Source: Macrostomum hystrix | Lineage: Eukaryota; Animalia; Platyhelminthes | Assembly: GCA_950097015.1 (NCBI GenBank) | Contig: CATNEN010000039.1 | Coordinates: 16,368,001-16,432,000, forward strand | Reading direction: 5' to 3' | DNA length: 64,000 bases | Part shown: piece after piece, positions 10,015-22,000 of the stretch | Numbering within the stretch: position 1 is the stretch's first letter | How the letters are laid out: the number at the start of each line of letters is the position of its first letter | The notes under the pieces: generated by a model | The model's input: the letters and a program-made list of their open reading frames with translations, nothing else | Told to the model about the DNA's origin: nothing | Database searches by the model: none | Program-made: the position numbers and the translations under genes

Positions 10015-13000
10015 AAGAGTTGAAGATTTGGAGAGTTGGAGAGTTAAAGAGTTGGAGAGTTGGAGAGTTAAAGAGTTGGAGAGTTGGAGAGTTAAAGAGT
10101 TGGAGAGTTGGAGAGTTAAAGAGTTGGAGAGTTAAAGAGTTAAAGAGTTGGAGAGTTAAAGAGTTGGAGAGTTAAAGAGTTGGAGAGTTGGAGAGTTAAA
10201 GAGTTGGAGAGTTAAAGAGTTGGAGAGTTAAAGAGTTGGAGAGTTAAAGAGTTGGAGAGTTGGAGAGTTAAAGAGTTGGAGAGTTAAAGAGTTGGAGAGT
10301 TAAAGAGTTGGAGAGTTAAAGAGTTGGAGAGTTAAAGAGTTGGAGAGTTGGAGAGTTAAAGAGTTGGAGAGTTAAAGAGTTAAAGAGTTGGAGAGTTAAA
10401 GAGTTGGAGAGTTGGAGAGTTAAAGAGTTGGAGAGTTGGAGAGTTAAAGAGTTGGAGAGTTAAAGAGTTGGAGAGTTAAAGAGTTGGAGAGTTAAAGAGT
10501 TGGAGAGTTAAAGAGTTGGAGAGTTGGAGAGTTGAAGAGTTGGAGAGTTGGAGAGTTGGAGAGTTAAAGAGTTAAAGAGTTGGAGAGTTAAAGAGTTGGA
10601 GAGTTGGAGAGTTAAAGAGTTGGAGAGTTGGAGAGTTAAAGAGTTGGAGAGTTAAAGAGTTGGAGAGTTAAAGAGTTGGAGAGTTGGAGAGTTAAAGAGT
10701 TGGAGAGTTAAAGAGTTGGAGAGTTAAAGAGTTGGAGAGTTAGAGAGTTGGAGAGTTGGAGAGTTAAAGAGTTAAAGAGTTGGAGAGTTAAAGAGTTGGA
10801 GAGTTGGAGAGTTAAAGAGTTGGAGAGTTAAAGAGTTGGAGAGTTAAAGAGTTAAAGAGTTGGAGAGTTAAAGAGTTGGAGAGTTAAAGAGTTGGAGAGT
10901 TAAAGAGTTGGAGAGTTAAAGAGTTAAAGAGTTGGAGAGTTAAAGAGTTGGAGAGTTGGAGAGTTAAAGAGTTGGAGAGTTAAAGAGTTGGAGAGTTAAA
11001 GAGTTGGAGAGTTAAAGAGTTAAAGAGTTGGAGAGTTAAAGAGTTGGAGAGTTAAAGAGTTGGAGAGTTGAAGAGTTGGAGAGTTGGAGAGTTGGAGAGT
11101 TAAAGAGTTGGAGAGTTAAAGAGTTAAAGAGTTGGAGAGTTAAAGAGTTGGAGAGTTAAAGAGTTGGAGAGTTGAAGAGTTGGAGAGTTGGAGAGTTGGA
11201 GAGTTAAAGAGTTAAAGAGTTGGAGAGTTAAAGAGTTGGAGAGTTAAAGAGTTGGAGAGTTAAAGAGTTGGAGAGTTAAAGAGTTGGAGAGTTAAAGAGT
11301 TAAAGAGTTGGAGAGTTAAAGAGTTGGAGAGTTGGAGAGTTAAAGAGTTGGAGAGTTAAAGAGTTGGAGAGTTAAAGAGTTGGAGAGTTAAAGAGTTAAA
11401 GAGTTGGAGAGTTAAAGAGTTGGAGAGTTAAAGAGTTGGAGAGTTGAAGAGTTGGAGAGTTGGAGAGTTGGAGAGTTAAAGAGTTGGAGAGTTAAAGAGT
11501 TAAAGAGTTGGAGAGTTAAAGAGTTGGAGAGTTAAAGAGTTGGAGAGTTGAAGAGTTGGAGAGTTGGAGAGTTGGAGAGTTAAAGAGTTAAAGAGTTGGA
11601 GAGTTAAAGAGTTAGAGAGTTGGAGAGTTAAAGAGTTGGAGAGTTAAAGAGTTGGAGAGTTAAAGAGTTGGAGAGTTAAAGAGTTGGAGAGTTAAAGAGT
11701 TAAAGAGTTGGAGAGTTAAAGAGTTGGAGAGTTAAAGAGTTGGAGAGTTAAAGAGTTGGAGAGTTGGAGAGTTGGAGAGTTGGAGAGTTAAAGAGTTAAA
11801 GAGTTGGAGAGTTAAAGAGTTGGAGAGTTGGAGAGTTAAAGAGTTGGAGAGTTAAAGAGTTAAAGAGTTGGAGAGTTAAAGAGTTGGAGAGTTAAAGAGT
11901 TGGAGAGTTAAAGAGTTGGAGAGTTAAAGAGTTGGAGAGTTAAAGAGTTAAAGAGTTGGAGAGTTAAAGAGTTGGAGAGTTGGAGAGTTGGAGAGTTAAA
12001 GAGTTGGAGAGTTAAAGAGTTGGAGAGTTGGAGAGTTGGAGAGTTAAAGAGTTGGAGAGTTAAAGAGTTGGAGAGTTGGAGAGTTGGAGAGTTAAAGAGT
12101 TGGAGAGTTAAAGAGTTGGAGAGTTAAAGAGTTGGAGAGTTAAAGAGTTGGAGAGTTAAAGAGTTGGAGAGTTGGAGAGTTGGAGAGTTAAAGAGTTGGA
12201 GAGTTAAAGAGTTGGAGAGTTAAAGAGTTGGAGAGTTAAAGAGTTGGAGAGTTAAAGAGTTGGAGAGTTGGAGAGTTGGAGAGTTAAAGAGTTGGAGAGT
12301 TAAAGAGTTGGAGAGTTAAAGAGTTGGAGAGTTAAAGAGTTGGAGAGTTAAAGAGTTAAAGAGTTGGAGAGTTAAAGAGTTGGAGAGTTAAAGAGTTGGA
12401 GAGTTAAAGAGTTGGAGAGTTAAAGAGTTGGAGAGTTGGAGAGTTAAAGAGTTGGAGAGTTAAAGAGTTGGAGAGTTGGAGAGTTAAAGAGTTGGAGAGT
12501 TGGAGAGTTGGAGAGTTAAAGAGTTGGAGAGTTAAAGAGTTGGAGAGTTAAAGAGTTGGAGAGTTAAAGAGTTGGAGAGTTAAAGAGTTGGAGAGTTGGA
12601 GAGTTGGAGAGTTGGAGAGTTGGAGAGTTAAAGAGTTGGAGAGTTAAAGAGTTGGAGAGTTAAAGAGTTGGAGAGTTAAAGAGTTGGAGAGTTGGAGAGT
12701 TGGAGAGTTAAAGAGTTGGAGAGTTAAAGAGTTGGAGAGTTAAAGAGTTGGAGAGTTGGAGAGTTAAAGAGTTGGAGAGTTGGAGAGTTAAAGAGTTGGA
12801 GAGTTAAAGAGTTGGAGAGTTAAAGAGTTGGAGAGTTGGAGAGTTAAAGAGTTGGAGAGTTGGAGAGTTAAAGAGTTAAAGAGTTGGAGAGTTGGAGAGT
12901 TAAATAGTTGGAGAGTTGGAGAGTTGGAGAGTTAAAGAGTTGGAGAGTTGGAGAGTTGGAGAGTTAAAGAGTTGGAGAGTTAAAGAGTTGGAGAGTTAAA

Positions 13001-16000
13001 GAGTTGGAGAGTTAAAGACTTGGAGAGTTAAAGAGTTGGAGAGTTGGAGAGTTGGAGAGTTGGAGAGTTGGAGAGTTAAAGAGTTGGAGAGTTGAAGAGT
13101 TAAAGAGTTGGAGAGTTAAAGAGTTGGAGAGTTAAAGAGTTGGAGAGTTAAAGAGTTGGAGAGTTGGAGAGTTAAAGAGTTGGAGAGTTAAAGAGTTGGA
13201 GAGTTGGAGAGTTAAAGAGTTGGAGAGTTGGAGAGTTGGAGAGTTAAAGAGTTGGAGAGTTAAAGAGTTGGAGAGTTAAAGAGTTGGAGAGTTAAAGAGT
13301 TGGAGAGTTAAAGAGTTGGAGAGTTGGAGAGTTGGAGAGTTGGAGAGTTGGAGAGTTAAAGAGTTGGAGAGTTAAAGAGTTGGAGAGTTAAAGAGTTGGA
13401 GAGTTAAAGACTTGGAGAGTTAAAGAGTTGGAGAGTTAAAGAGTTGGAGAGTTAAAGAGTTGGAGAGTTGGAGAGTTGGAGAGTTAAAGAGTTGGAGAGT
13501 TGAAGAGTTAAAGAGTTGGAGAGTTAAAGAGTTGGAGAGTTGGAGAGTTAAAGAGTTGGAGAGTTAAAGAGTTGGAGAGTTAAAGAGTTGGAGAGTTAAA
13601 GAGTTGGAGAGTTAAAGAGTTGGAGAGTTAAAGAGTTGGAGAGTTGGAGAGTTAAAGAGTTGGAGAGTTGGAGAGTTAAAGAGTTGGAGAGTTAAAGAGT
13701 TGGAGAGTTAAAGAGTTGGAGAGTTGGAGAGTTAAAGAGTTGGAGAGTTGGAGAGTTAAAGAGTTGGAGAGTTGGAGAGTTGGAGAGTTAAAGAGTTGGA
13801 GAGTTAAAGAGTTGGAGAGTTAAAGAGTTGGAGAGTTAAAGAGTTGGAGAGTTAAAGAGTTGGAGAGTTGGTGAGTTGGAGAGTTAAAGAGTTGGAGAGT
13901 TAAAGAGTTGGAGAGTTGGAGAGTTGGAGAGTTAAAGAGTTGGAGAGTTAAAGAGTTGGAGAGTTGGAGAGTTGGAGAGTTGGAGAGTTAAAGAGTTGGA
14001 GAGTTAAAGAGTTGGAGAGTTAAAGAGTTGGAGAGTTAAAGAGTTGGAGAGTTGGAGAGTTGGAGAGTTAAAGAGTTGGAGAGTTGGAGAGTTAAAGAGT
14101 TGGAGAGTTAAAGAGTTGGAGAGTTAAAGAGTTGGAGAGTTAAAGAGTTGGAGAGTTAAAGAGTTAAAGAGTTGGAGAGTTAAAGAGTTGGAGAGTTAAA
14201 GAGTTGGAGAGTTAAAGAGTTGGAGAGTTAAAGAGTTGGAGAGTTAAAGAGTTGGAGAGTTGGAGAGTTGGAGGGTTAAAGAGTTGGAGAGTTGGAGAGT
14301 TGGAGAGTTAAAGAGTTGGAGAGTTGGAGAGTTAAAGAGTTGGAGAGTTAAAGAGTTGGAGAGTTGGAGAGTTAAAGAGTTGGAGAGTTGGAGAGTTAAA
14401 GAGTTGGAGAGTTGGAGAGTTAAAGAGTTGGAGAGTTGGAGAGTTAAAGAGTTGGAGAGTTAAAGAGTTGGAGAGTTAAAGAGTTAAAGAGTTGGAGAGT
14501 TAAAGAGTTGGAGAGTTGGAGAGTTAAAGAGTTGGAGAGTTGGTGAGTTAAAGAGTTGGAGAGTTGGAGAGTTAAAGAGTTGGAGAGTTAAAGAGTTGGA
14601 GAGTTAAAGAGTTGGTGAGTTAAAGAGTTGGAGAGTTGGAGAGTTAAAGAGTTGGAGAGTTAAAGAGTTGGAGAGTTGGAGAGTTAAAGAGTTGGAGAGT
14701 TAAAGAGTTGGAGAGTTAAAGAGTTGGAGAGTTGGAGAGTTGGAGAGTTGGAGAGTTAAAGAGTTGGAGAGTTGGAGAGTTGGAGAGTTAAAGAGTTGGA
14801 GAGTTAAAGAGTTGGAGAGTTAAAGAGTTGGAGAGTTAAAGAGTTGGAGAGTTAAAGAGTTGGAGAGTTGGAGAGTTGGAGAGTTAAAGAGTTGGAGAGT
14901 TAAAGAGTTGGAGAGTTAAAGAGTTAAAGAGTTGGAGAGTTAAAGAGTTGGAGAGTTAAAGAGTTGGAGAGTTGGAGAGTTGGAGAGTTAAAGAGTTGGA
15001 GAGTTGGAGAGTTGGAGAGTTGGAGAGTTAAAGAGTTGGAGAGTTGGAGAGTTAAAGAGTTGGAGAGTTAAAGAGTTGGAGAGTTAAAGAGTTGGAGAGT
15101 TGGAGAGTTGGAGAGTTAAAGAGTTGGAGAGTTAAAGAGTTGGAGAGTTAAAGAGTTGGAGAGTTGGAGAGTTGGAGAGTTAAAGAGTTGGAGAGTTAAA
15201 GAGTTGGAGAGTTAAAGAGTTGGAGAGTTAAAGAGTTAAAGAGTTGGAGAGTTAAAGAGTTGGAGAGTTAAAGAGTTGGAGAGTTGGAGAGTTGGAGAGT
15301 TAAAGAGTTGGAGAGTTGGAGAGTTGGAGAGTTAAAGAGTTGGAGAGTTGGAGAGTTAAAGAGTTGGTGAGTTGAAGAGTTAAAGAGTTGGTGAGTTGGA
15401 GAGTTAAAGAGTTGGAGAGTTAAAGAGTTGGTGAGTTGAAGAGTTAAAGAGTTGGTGAGTTGGAGAGTTAAAGAGTTGGAGAGTTAAAGAGTTGGAGAGT
15501 TGAAGAGTTGGAGAGTTAAAGAGTTGGAGAGTTAAAGAGTTGGAGAGTTAAAGAGTTGGAGAGTTAAAGAGTTGGAGAGTTAAAGAGTTGGAGAGTTAAA
15601 GAGTTGGAGAGTTGGAGAGTTAAAGAGTTGGAGAGTTAAAGAGTTGGAGAGTTAAAGAGTTGGAGAGTTAAAGAGTTGGAGAGTTGGAGAGTTAAAGAGT
15701 TGGAGAGTTAAAGAGTTGGAGAGTTAAAGAGTTGGAGAGTTAAAGAGTTGGAGAGTTGGAGAGTTAAAGAGTTGGTGAGTTGGAGAGTTAAAGAGTTGGT
15801 GAGTTAAAGAGTTGGAGAGTTAAAGAGTTGGAGAGTTAAAGAGTTGGAGAGTTGAAGAGTTGGAGAGTTGGAGAGTTGGAGAGTTGGAGAGTTAAAGAGT
15901 TGGAGAGTTAAAGAGTTGGAGAGTTAAAGAGTTGGTGAGTTGGAGAGTTAAAGAGTTGGAGAGTTAAAGAGTTGGAGAGTTAAAGAGTTGGAGAGTTGGA

Positions 16001-19000
16001 GAGTTGGAGAGTTGGAGAGTTAAAGAGTTGGAGAGTTAAAGAGTTGGAGAGTTAAAGAGTTGGTGAGTTGGAGAGTTAAAGAGTTGGAGAGTTAAAGAGT
16101 TGGAGAGTTAAAGAGTTGGAGAGTTAAAGAGTTGGTGAGTTGGAGAGTTGGAGAGTTGGAGAGTTAAAGAGTTGGAGAGTTGGAGAGTTAAAGAGTTGGT
16201 GAGTTGGAGAGTTGGAGAGTTGGAGAGTTAAAGAGTTGGAGAGTTAAAGAGTTGGTGAGTTGGAGAGTTAAAGAGTTGGAGAGTTAAAGAGTTGGAGAGT
16301 TAAAGAGTTGGAGAGTTAAAGAGTTGGAGAGTTAAAGAGTTGGAGAGTTGGAGAGTTAAAGAGTTGGAGAGTTAAAGAGTTGGAGAGTTAAAGAGTTGGA
16401 GAGTTGGAGAGTTAAAGAGTTGGAGAGTTAAAGAGTTGGAGAGTTAAAGAGTTGGAGAGTTAAAGAGTTGGAGAGTTGGAGAGTTAAAGAGTTGGAGAGT
16501 TAAAGAGTTGGAGAGTTAAAGAGTTGGAGAGTTAAAGAGTTGGAGAGTTAAAGAGTTAAAGAGTTGGAGAGTTAAAGAGTTGGAGAGTTGAAGAGTTGGA
16601 GAGTTGGAGAGTTGGAGAGTTAAAGAGTTAAAGAGTTGGAGAGTTAAAGAGTTGGAGAGTTGGAGAGTTAAAGAGTTGGAGAGTTAAAGAGTTGGAGAGT
16701 TGAAGAGTTGAAGAGTTGGAGAGTTGGAGAGTTAAAGAGTTAAAGAGTTGGAGAGTTAAAGAGTTGGAGAGTTAAAGAGTTGGAGAGTTGGAGAGTTAAA
16801 GAGTTGGAGAGTTGGAGAGTTAAAGAGTTGGAGAGTTGGAGAGTTAAAGAGTTGGAGAGTTAAAGAGTTGGAGAGTTAAAGAGTTGGAGAGTTGGAGAGT
16901 TAAAGAGTTGGAGAGTTAAAGAGTTGGAGAGTTAAAGAGTTGGAGAGTTAGAGAGTTGGAGAGTTGGAGAGTTAAAGAGTTAAAGAGTTGGAGAGTTAAA
17001 GAGTTGGAGAGTTGGAGAGTTAAAGAGTTGGAGAGTTAAAGAGTTGGAGAGTTAAAGAGTTAAAGAGTTGGAGAGTTAAAGAGTTGGAGAGTTAAAGAGT
17101 TGGAGAGTTAAAGAGTTGGAGAGTTAAAGAGTTAAAGAGTTGGAGAGTTAAAGAGTTGGAGAGTTGGAGAGTTAAAGAGTTGGAGAGTTAAAGAGTTGGA
17201 GAGTTAAAGAGTTGGAGAGTTAAAGAGTTAAAGAGTTGGAGAGTTAAAGAGTTGGAGAGTTGAAGAGTTGGAGAGTTGGAGAGTTGGAGAGTTGGAGAGT
17301 TAAAGAGTTGGAGAGTTAAAGAGTTAAAGAGTTGGAGAGTTAAAGAGTTGGAGAGTTGGAGAGTTAAAGAGTTGGAGAGTTAAAGAGTTGGAGAGTTAAA
17401 GAGTTGGAGAGTTAAAGAGTTGGAGAGTTAAAGAGTTAAAGAGTTGGAGAGTTAAAGAGTTGGAGAGTTAAAGAGTTGGAGAGTTAAAGAGTTGGAGAGT
17501 TGGAGAGTTGGAGAGTTGGAGAGTTAAAGAGTTAAAGAGTTGGAGAGTTAAAGAGTTGGAGAGTTGGAGAGTTAAAGAGTTGGAGAGTTAAAGAGTTAAA
17601 GAGTTGGAGAGTTAAAGAGTTGGAGAGTTAAAGAGTTGGAGAGTTAAAGAGTTGGAGAGTTAAAGAGTTGGAGAGTTAAAGAGTTAAAGAGTTGGAGAGT
17701 TAAAGAGTTGGAGAGTTGGAGAGTTGGAGAGTTAAAGAGTTGGAGAGTTAAAGAGTTGGAGAGTTAAAGAGTTGGAGAGTTGGAGAGTTGGAGAGTTAAA
17801 GAGTTGGAGAGTTAAAGAGTTGGAGAGTTAAAGAGTTGGAGAGTTAAAGAGTTGGAGAGTTAAAGAGTTAAAGAGTTGGAGAGTTAAAGAGTTGGAGAGT
17901 TAAAGAGTTGGAGAGTTAAAGAGTTGGAGAGTTAAAGAGTTGGAGAGTTGGAGAGTTAAAGAGTTGGAGAGTTAAAGAGTTGGAGAGTTGGAGAGTTAAA
18001 GAGTTGGAGAGTTGGAGAGTTGGAGAGTTAAAGAGTTGGAGAGTTAAAGAGTTGGAGAGTTAAAGAGTTGGAGAGTTAAAGAGTTGGAGAGTTAAAGAGT
18101 TGGAGAGTTGGAGAGTTGGAGAGTTGGAGAGTTGGAGAGTTAAAGAGTTGGAGAGTTAAAGAGTTGGAGAGTTAAAGAGTTGGAGAGTTAAAGAGTTGGA
18201 GAGTTGGAGAGTTGGAGAGTTAAAGAGTTGGAGAGTTAAAGAGTTGGAGAGTTAAAGAGTTGGAGAGTTGGAGAGTTAAAGAGTTGGAGAGTTGGAGAGT
18301 TAAAGAGTTGGAGAGTTAAAGAGTTGGAGAGTTAAAGAGTTGGAGAGTTGGAGAGTTAAAGAGTTGGAGAGTTGGAGAGTTAAAGAGTTAAAGAGTTGGA
18401 GAGTTGGAGAGTTAAATAGTTGGAGAGTTGGAGAGTTGGAGAGTTAAAGAGTTGGAGAGTTGGAGAGTTGGAGAGTTAAAGAGTTGGAGAGTTAAAGAGT
18501 TGGAGAGTTAAAGAGTTGGAGAGTTAAAGACTTGGAGAGTTAAAGAGTTGGAGAGTTGGAGAGTTGGAGAGTTGGAGAGTTGGAGAGTTGGAGAGTTAAA
18601 GAGTTGGAGAGTTGAAGAGTTAAAGAGTTGGAGAGTTAAAGAGTTGGAGAGTTAAAGAGTTGGAGAGTTAAAGAGTTGGAGAGTTGGAGAGTTAAAGAGT
18701 TGGAGAGTTAAAGAGTTGGAGAGTTGGAGAGTTAAAGAGTTGGAGAGTTGGAGAGTTGGAGAGTTAAAGAGTTGGAGAGTTAAAGAGTTGGAGAGTTAAA
18801 GAGTTGGAGAGTTAAAGAGTTGGAGAGTTAAAGAGTTGGAGAGTTGGAGAGTTGGAGAGTTGGAGAGTTGGAGAGTTAAAGAGTTGGAGAGTTAAAGAGT
18901 TGGAGAGTTAAAGAGTTGGAGAGTTGGAGAGTTAAAGAGTTGGAGAGTTGGAGAGTTAAAGAGTTGGAGAGTTAAAGAGTTGGAGAGTTAAAGAGTTGGA

Positions 19001-22000
19001 GAGTTGGAGAGTTAAAGAGTTGGAGAGTTGGAGAGTTAAATAGTTGGAGAGTTGGAGAGTTGGAGAGTTAAAGAGTTGGAGAGTTGGAGAGTTGGAGAGT
19101 TAAAGAGTTGGAGAGTTAAAGAGTTGGAGAGTTAAAGAGTTGGAGAGTTAAAGACTTGGAGAGTTAAAGAGTTGGAGAGTTGGAGAGTTGGAGAGTTGGA
19201 GAGTTGGAGAGTTGGAGAGTTAAAGAGTTGGAGAGTTGAAGAGTTAAAGAGTTGGAGAGTTAAAGAGTTGGAGAGTTAAAGAGTTGGAGAGTTAAAGAGT
19301 TGGAGAGTTAAAGAGTTGGAGAGTTGGAGAGTTAAAGAGTTGGAGAGTTGGAGAGTTAAAGAGTTGGAGAGTTAAAGAGTTGGAGAGTTAAAGAGTTGGA
19401 GAGTTGGAGAGTTAAAGAGTTGGAGAGTTGGAGAGTTAAAGAGTTGGAGAGTTGGAGAGTTGGAGAGTTAAAGAGTTGGAGAGTTAAAGAGTTGGAGAGT
19501 TAAAGAGTTGGAGAGTTAAAGAGTTGGAGAGTTAAAGAGTTGGAGAGTTGGAGAGTTGGAGAGTTAAAGAGTAATTGGAGAGTTAAAGAGTTGGAGAGTT
19601 GGAGAGTTGGAGAGTTAAAGAGTTGGAGAGTTAAAGAGTTGGAGAGTTGGAGAGTTAAAGAGTTGGAGAGTTAAAGAGTTGGAGAGTTAAAGAGTTGGAG
19701 AGTTAAAGAGTTGGAGAGTTAAAGAGTTGGAGAGTTGGAGAGTTGGAGAGTTAAAGAGTTGGAGAGTTGGAGAGTTAAAGAGTTGGAGAGTTAAAGAGTT
19801 GGAGAGTTAAAGAGTTGGAGAGTTAAAGAGTTGGAGAGTTGGAGAGTTGGAGGGTTAAAGAGTTGGAGAGTTGGAGAGTTGGAGAGTTAAAGAGTTGGAG
19901 AGTTGGAGAGTTAAAGAGTTGGAGAGTTAAAGAGTTGGAGAGTTGGAGAGTTAAAGAGTTGGAGAGTTGGAGAGTTAAAGAGTTGGAGAGTTGGAGAGTT
20001 AAAGAGTTGGAGAGTTGGAGAGTTAAAGAGTTGGAGAGTTAAAGAGTTGGAGAGTTAAAGAGTTAAAGAGTTGGAGAGTTAAAGAGTTGGAGAGTTGGAG
20101 AGTTAAAGAGTTGGAGAGTTGGTGAGTTAAAGAGTTGGAGAGTTGGAGAGTTAAAGAGTTGGAGAGTTAAAGAGTTGGAGAGTTAAAGAGTTGGTGAGTT
20201 AAAGAGTTGGAGAGTTGGAGAGTTAAAGAGTTGGAGAGTTAAAGAGTTGGAGAGTTGGAGAGTTAAAGAGTTGGAGAGTTAAAGAGTTGGAGAGTTAAAG
20301 AGTTGGAGAGTTGGAGAGTTGGAGAGTTGGAGAGTTAAAGAGTTGGAGAGTTGGAGAGTTGGAGAGTTAAAGAGTTGGAGAGTTAAAGAGTTGGAGAGTT
20401 GGAGAGTTAAAGAGTTGGAGAGTTAAAGAGTTGGAGAGTTGGAGAGTTGGAGAGTTAAAGAGTTGGAGAGTTAAAGAGTTGGAGAGTTAAAGAGTTGGAG
20501 AGTTAAAGAGTTAAAGAGTTGGAGAGTTAAAGAGTTGGAGAGTTAAAGAGTTGGAGAGTTGGAGAGTTAAAGAGTTGGAGAGTTGGAGAGTTAAAGAGTT
20601 GGAGAGTTAAAGAGTTAAAGAGTTGGAGAGTTAAAGAGTTGGAGAGTTAAAGAGTTGGAGAGTTGGAGAGTTGGAGAGTTAAAGAGTTGGAGAGTTAAAG
20701 AGTTGGAGAGTTAAAGAGTTGGAGAGTTAAAGAGTTAAAGAGTTGGAGAGTTAAAGAGTTGGAGAGTTGGAGAGTTGGAGAGTTGGAGAGTTAAAGAGTT
20801 GGAGAGTTGGAGAGTTAAAGAGTTGGAGAGTTAAAGAGTTGGAGAGTTAAAGAGTTGGAGAGTTGGAGAGTTGGAGAGTTAAAGAGTTGGAGAGTTAAAG
20901 AGTTGGAGAGTTAAAGAGTTGGAGAGTTGGAGAGTTGGAGAGTTAAAGAGTTGGAGAGTTAAAGAGTTGGAGAGTTAAAGAGTTGGAGAGTTAAAGAGTT
21001 AAAGAGTTGGAGAGTTAAAGAGTTGGAGAGTTAAAGAGTTGGAGAGTTGGAGAGTTAAAGAGTTGGAGAGTTGGAGAGTTAAAGAGTTGGAGAGTTAAAG
21101 AGTTGGAGAGTTAAAGAGTTGGAGAGTTGGAGAGTTGGAGAGTTAAAGAGTTGGAGAGTTGGAGAGTTAAAGAGTTGGTGAGTTGAAGAGTTAAAGAGTT
21201 GGTGAGTTGGAGAGTTAAAGAGTTGGAGAGTTAAAGAGTTGGAGAGTTAAAGAGTTGGAGAGTTAAAGAGTTGGAGAGTTAAAGAGTTGGAGAGTTAAAG
21301 AGTTGGAGAGTTGGAGAGTTAAAGAGTTGGAGAGTTAAAGAGTTGGAGAGTTAAAGAGTTGGAGAGTTGGAGAGTTAAAGAGTTGGAGAGTTAAAGAGTT
21401 GGAGAGTTAAAGAGTTGGAGAGTTAAAGAGTTGGAGAGTTGGAGAGTTAAAGAGTTGGTGAGTTGGAGAGTTAAAGAGTTGGTGAGTTAAAGAGTTGGAG
21501 AGTTAAAGAGTTGGAGAGTTAAAGAGTTGGAGAGTTAAAGAGTTAAAGAGTTGGAGAGTTGGAGAGTTGGAGAGTTGGAGAGTTAAAGAGTTGGAGAGTT
21601 AAAGAGTTGGAGAGTTAAAGAGTTGGTGAGTTGGAGAGTTAAAGAGTTGGAGAGTTAAAGAGTTGGAGAGTTAAAGAGTTGGAGAGTTAAAGAGTTGGTG
21701 AGTTGGAGAGTTGGAGAGTTGGAGAGTTAAAGAGTTGGAGAGTTAAAGAGTTGGTGAGTTGGAGAGTTAAAGAGTTGGAGAGTTAAAGAGTTGGAGAGTT
21801 AAAGAGTTGGAGAGTTAAAGAGTTGGAGAGTTAAAGAGTTGGAGAGTTGGAGAGTTAAAGAGTTGGAGAGTTAAAGAGTTGGAGAGTTAAAGAGTTGGAG
21901 AGTTAAAGAGTTGGAGAGTTGGAGAGTTAAAGAGTTGGAGAGTTAAAGAGTTGGAGAGTTAAAGAGTTGGAGAGTTAAAGAGTTGGAGAGTTAAAGAGTT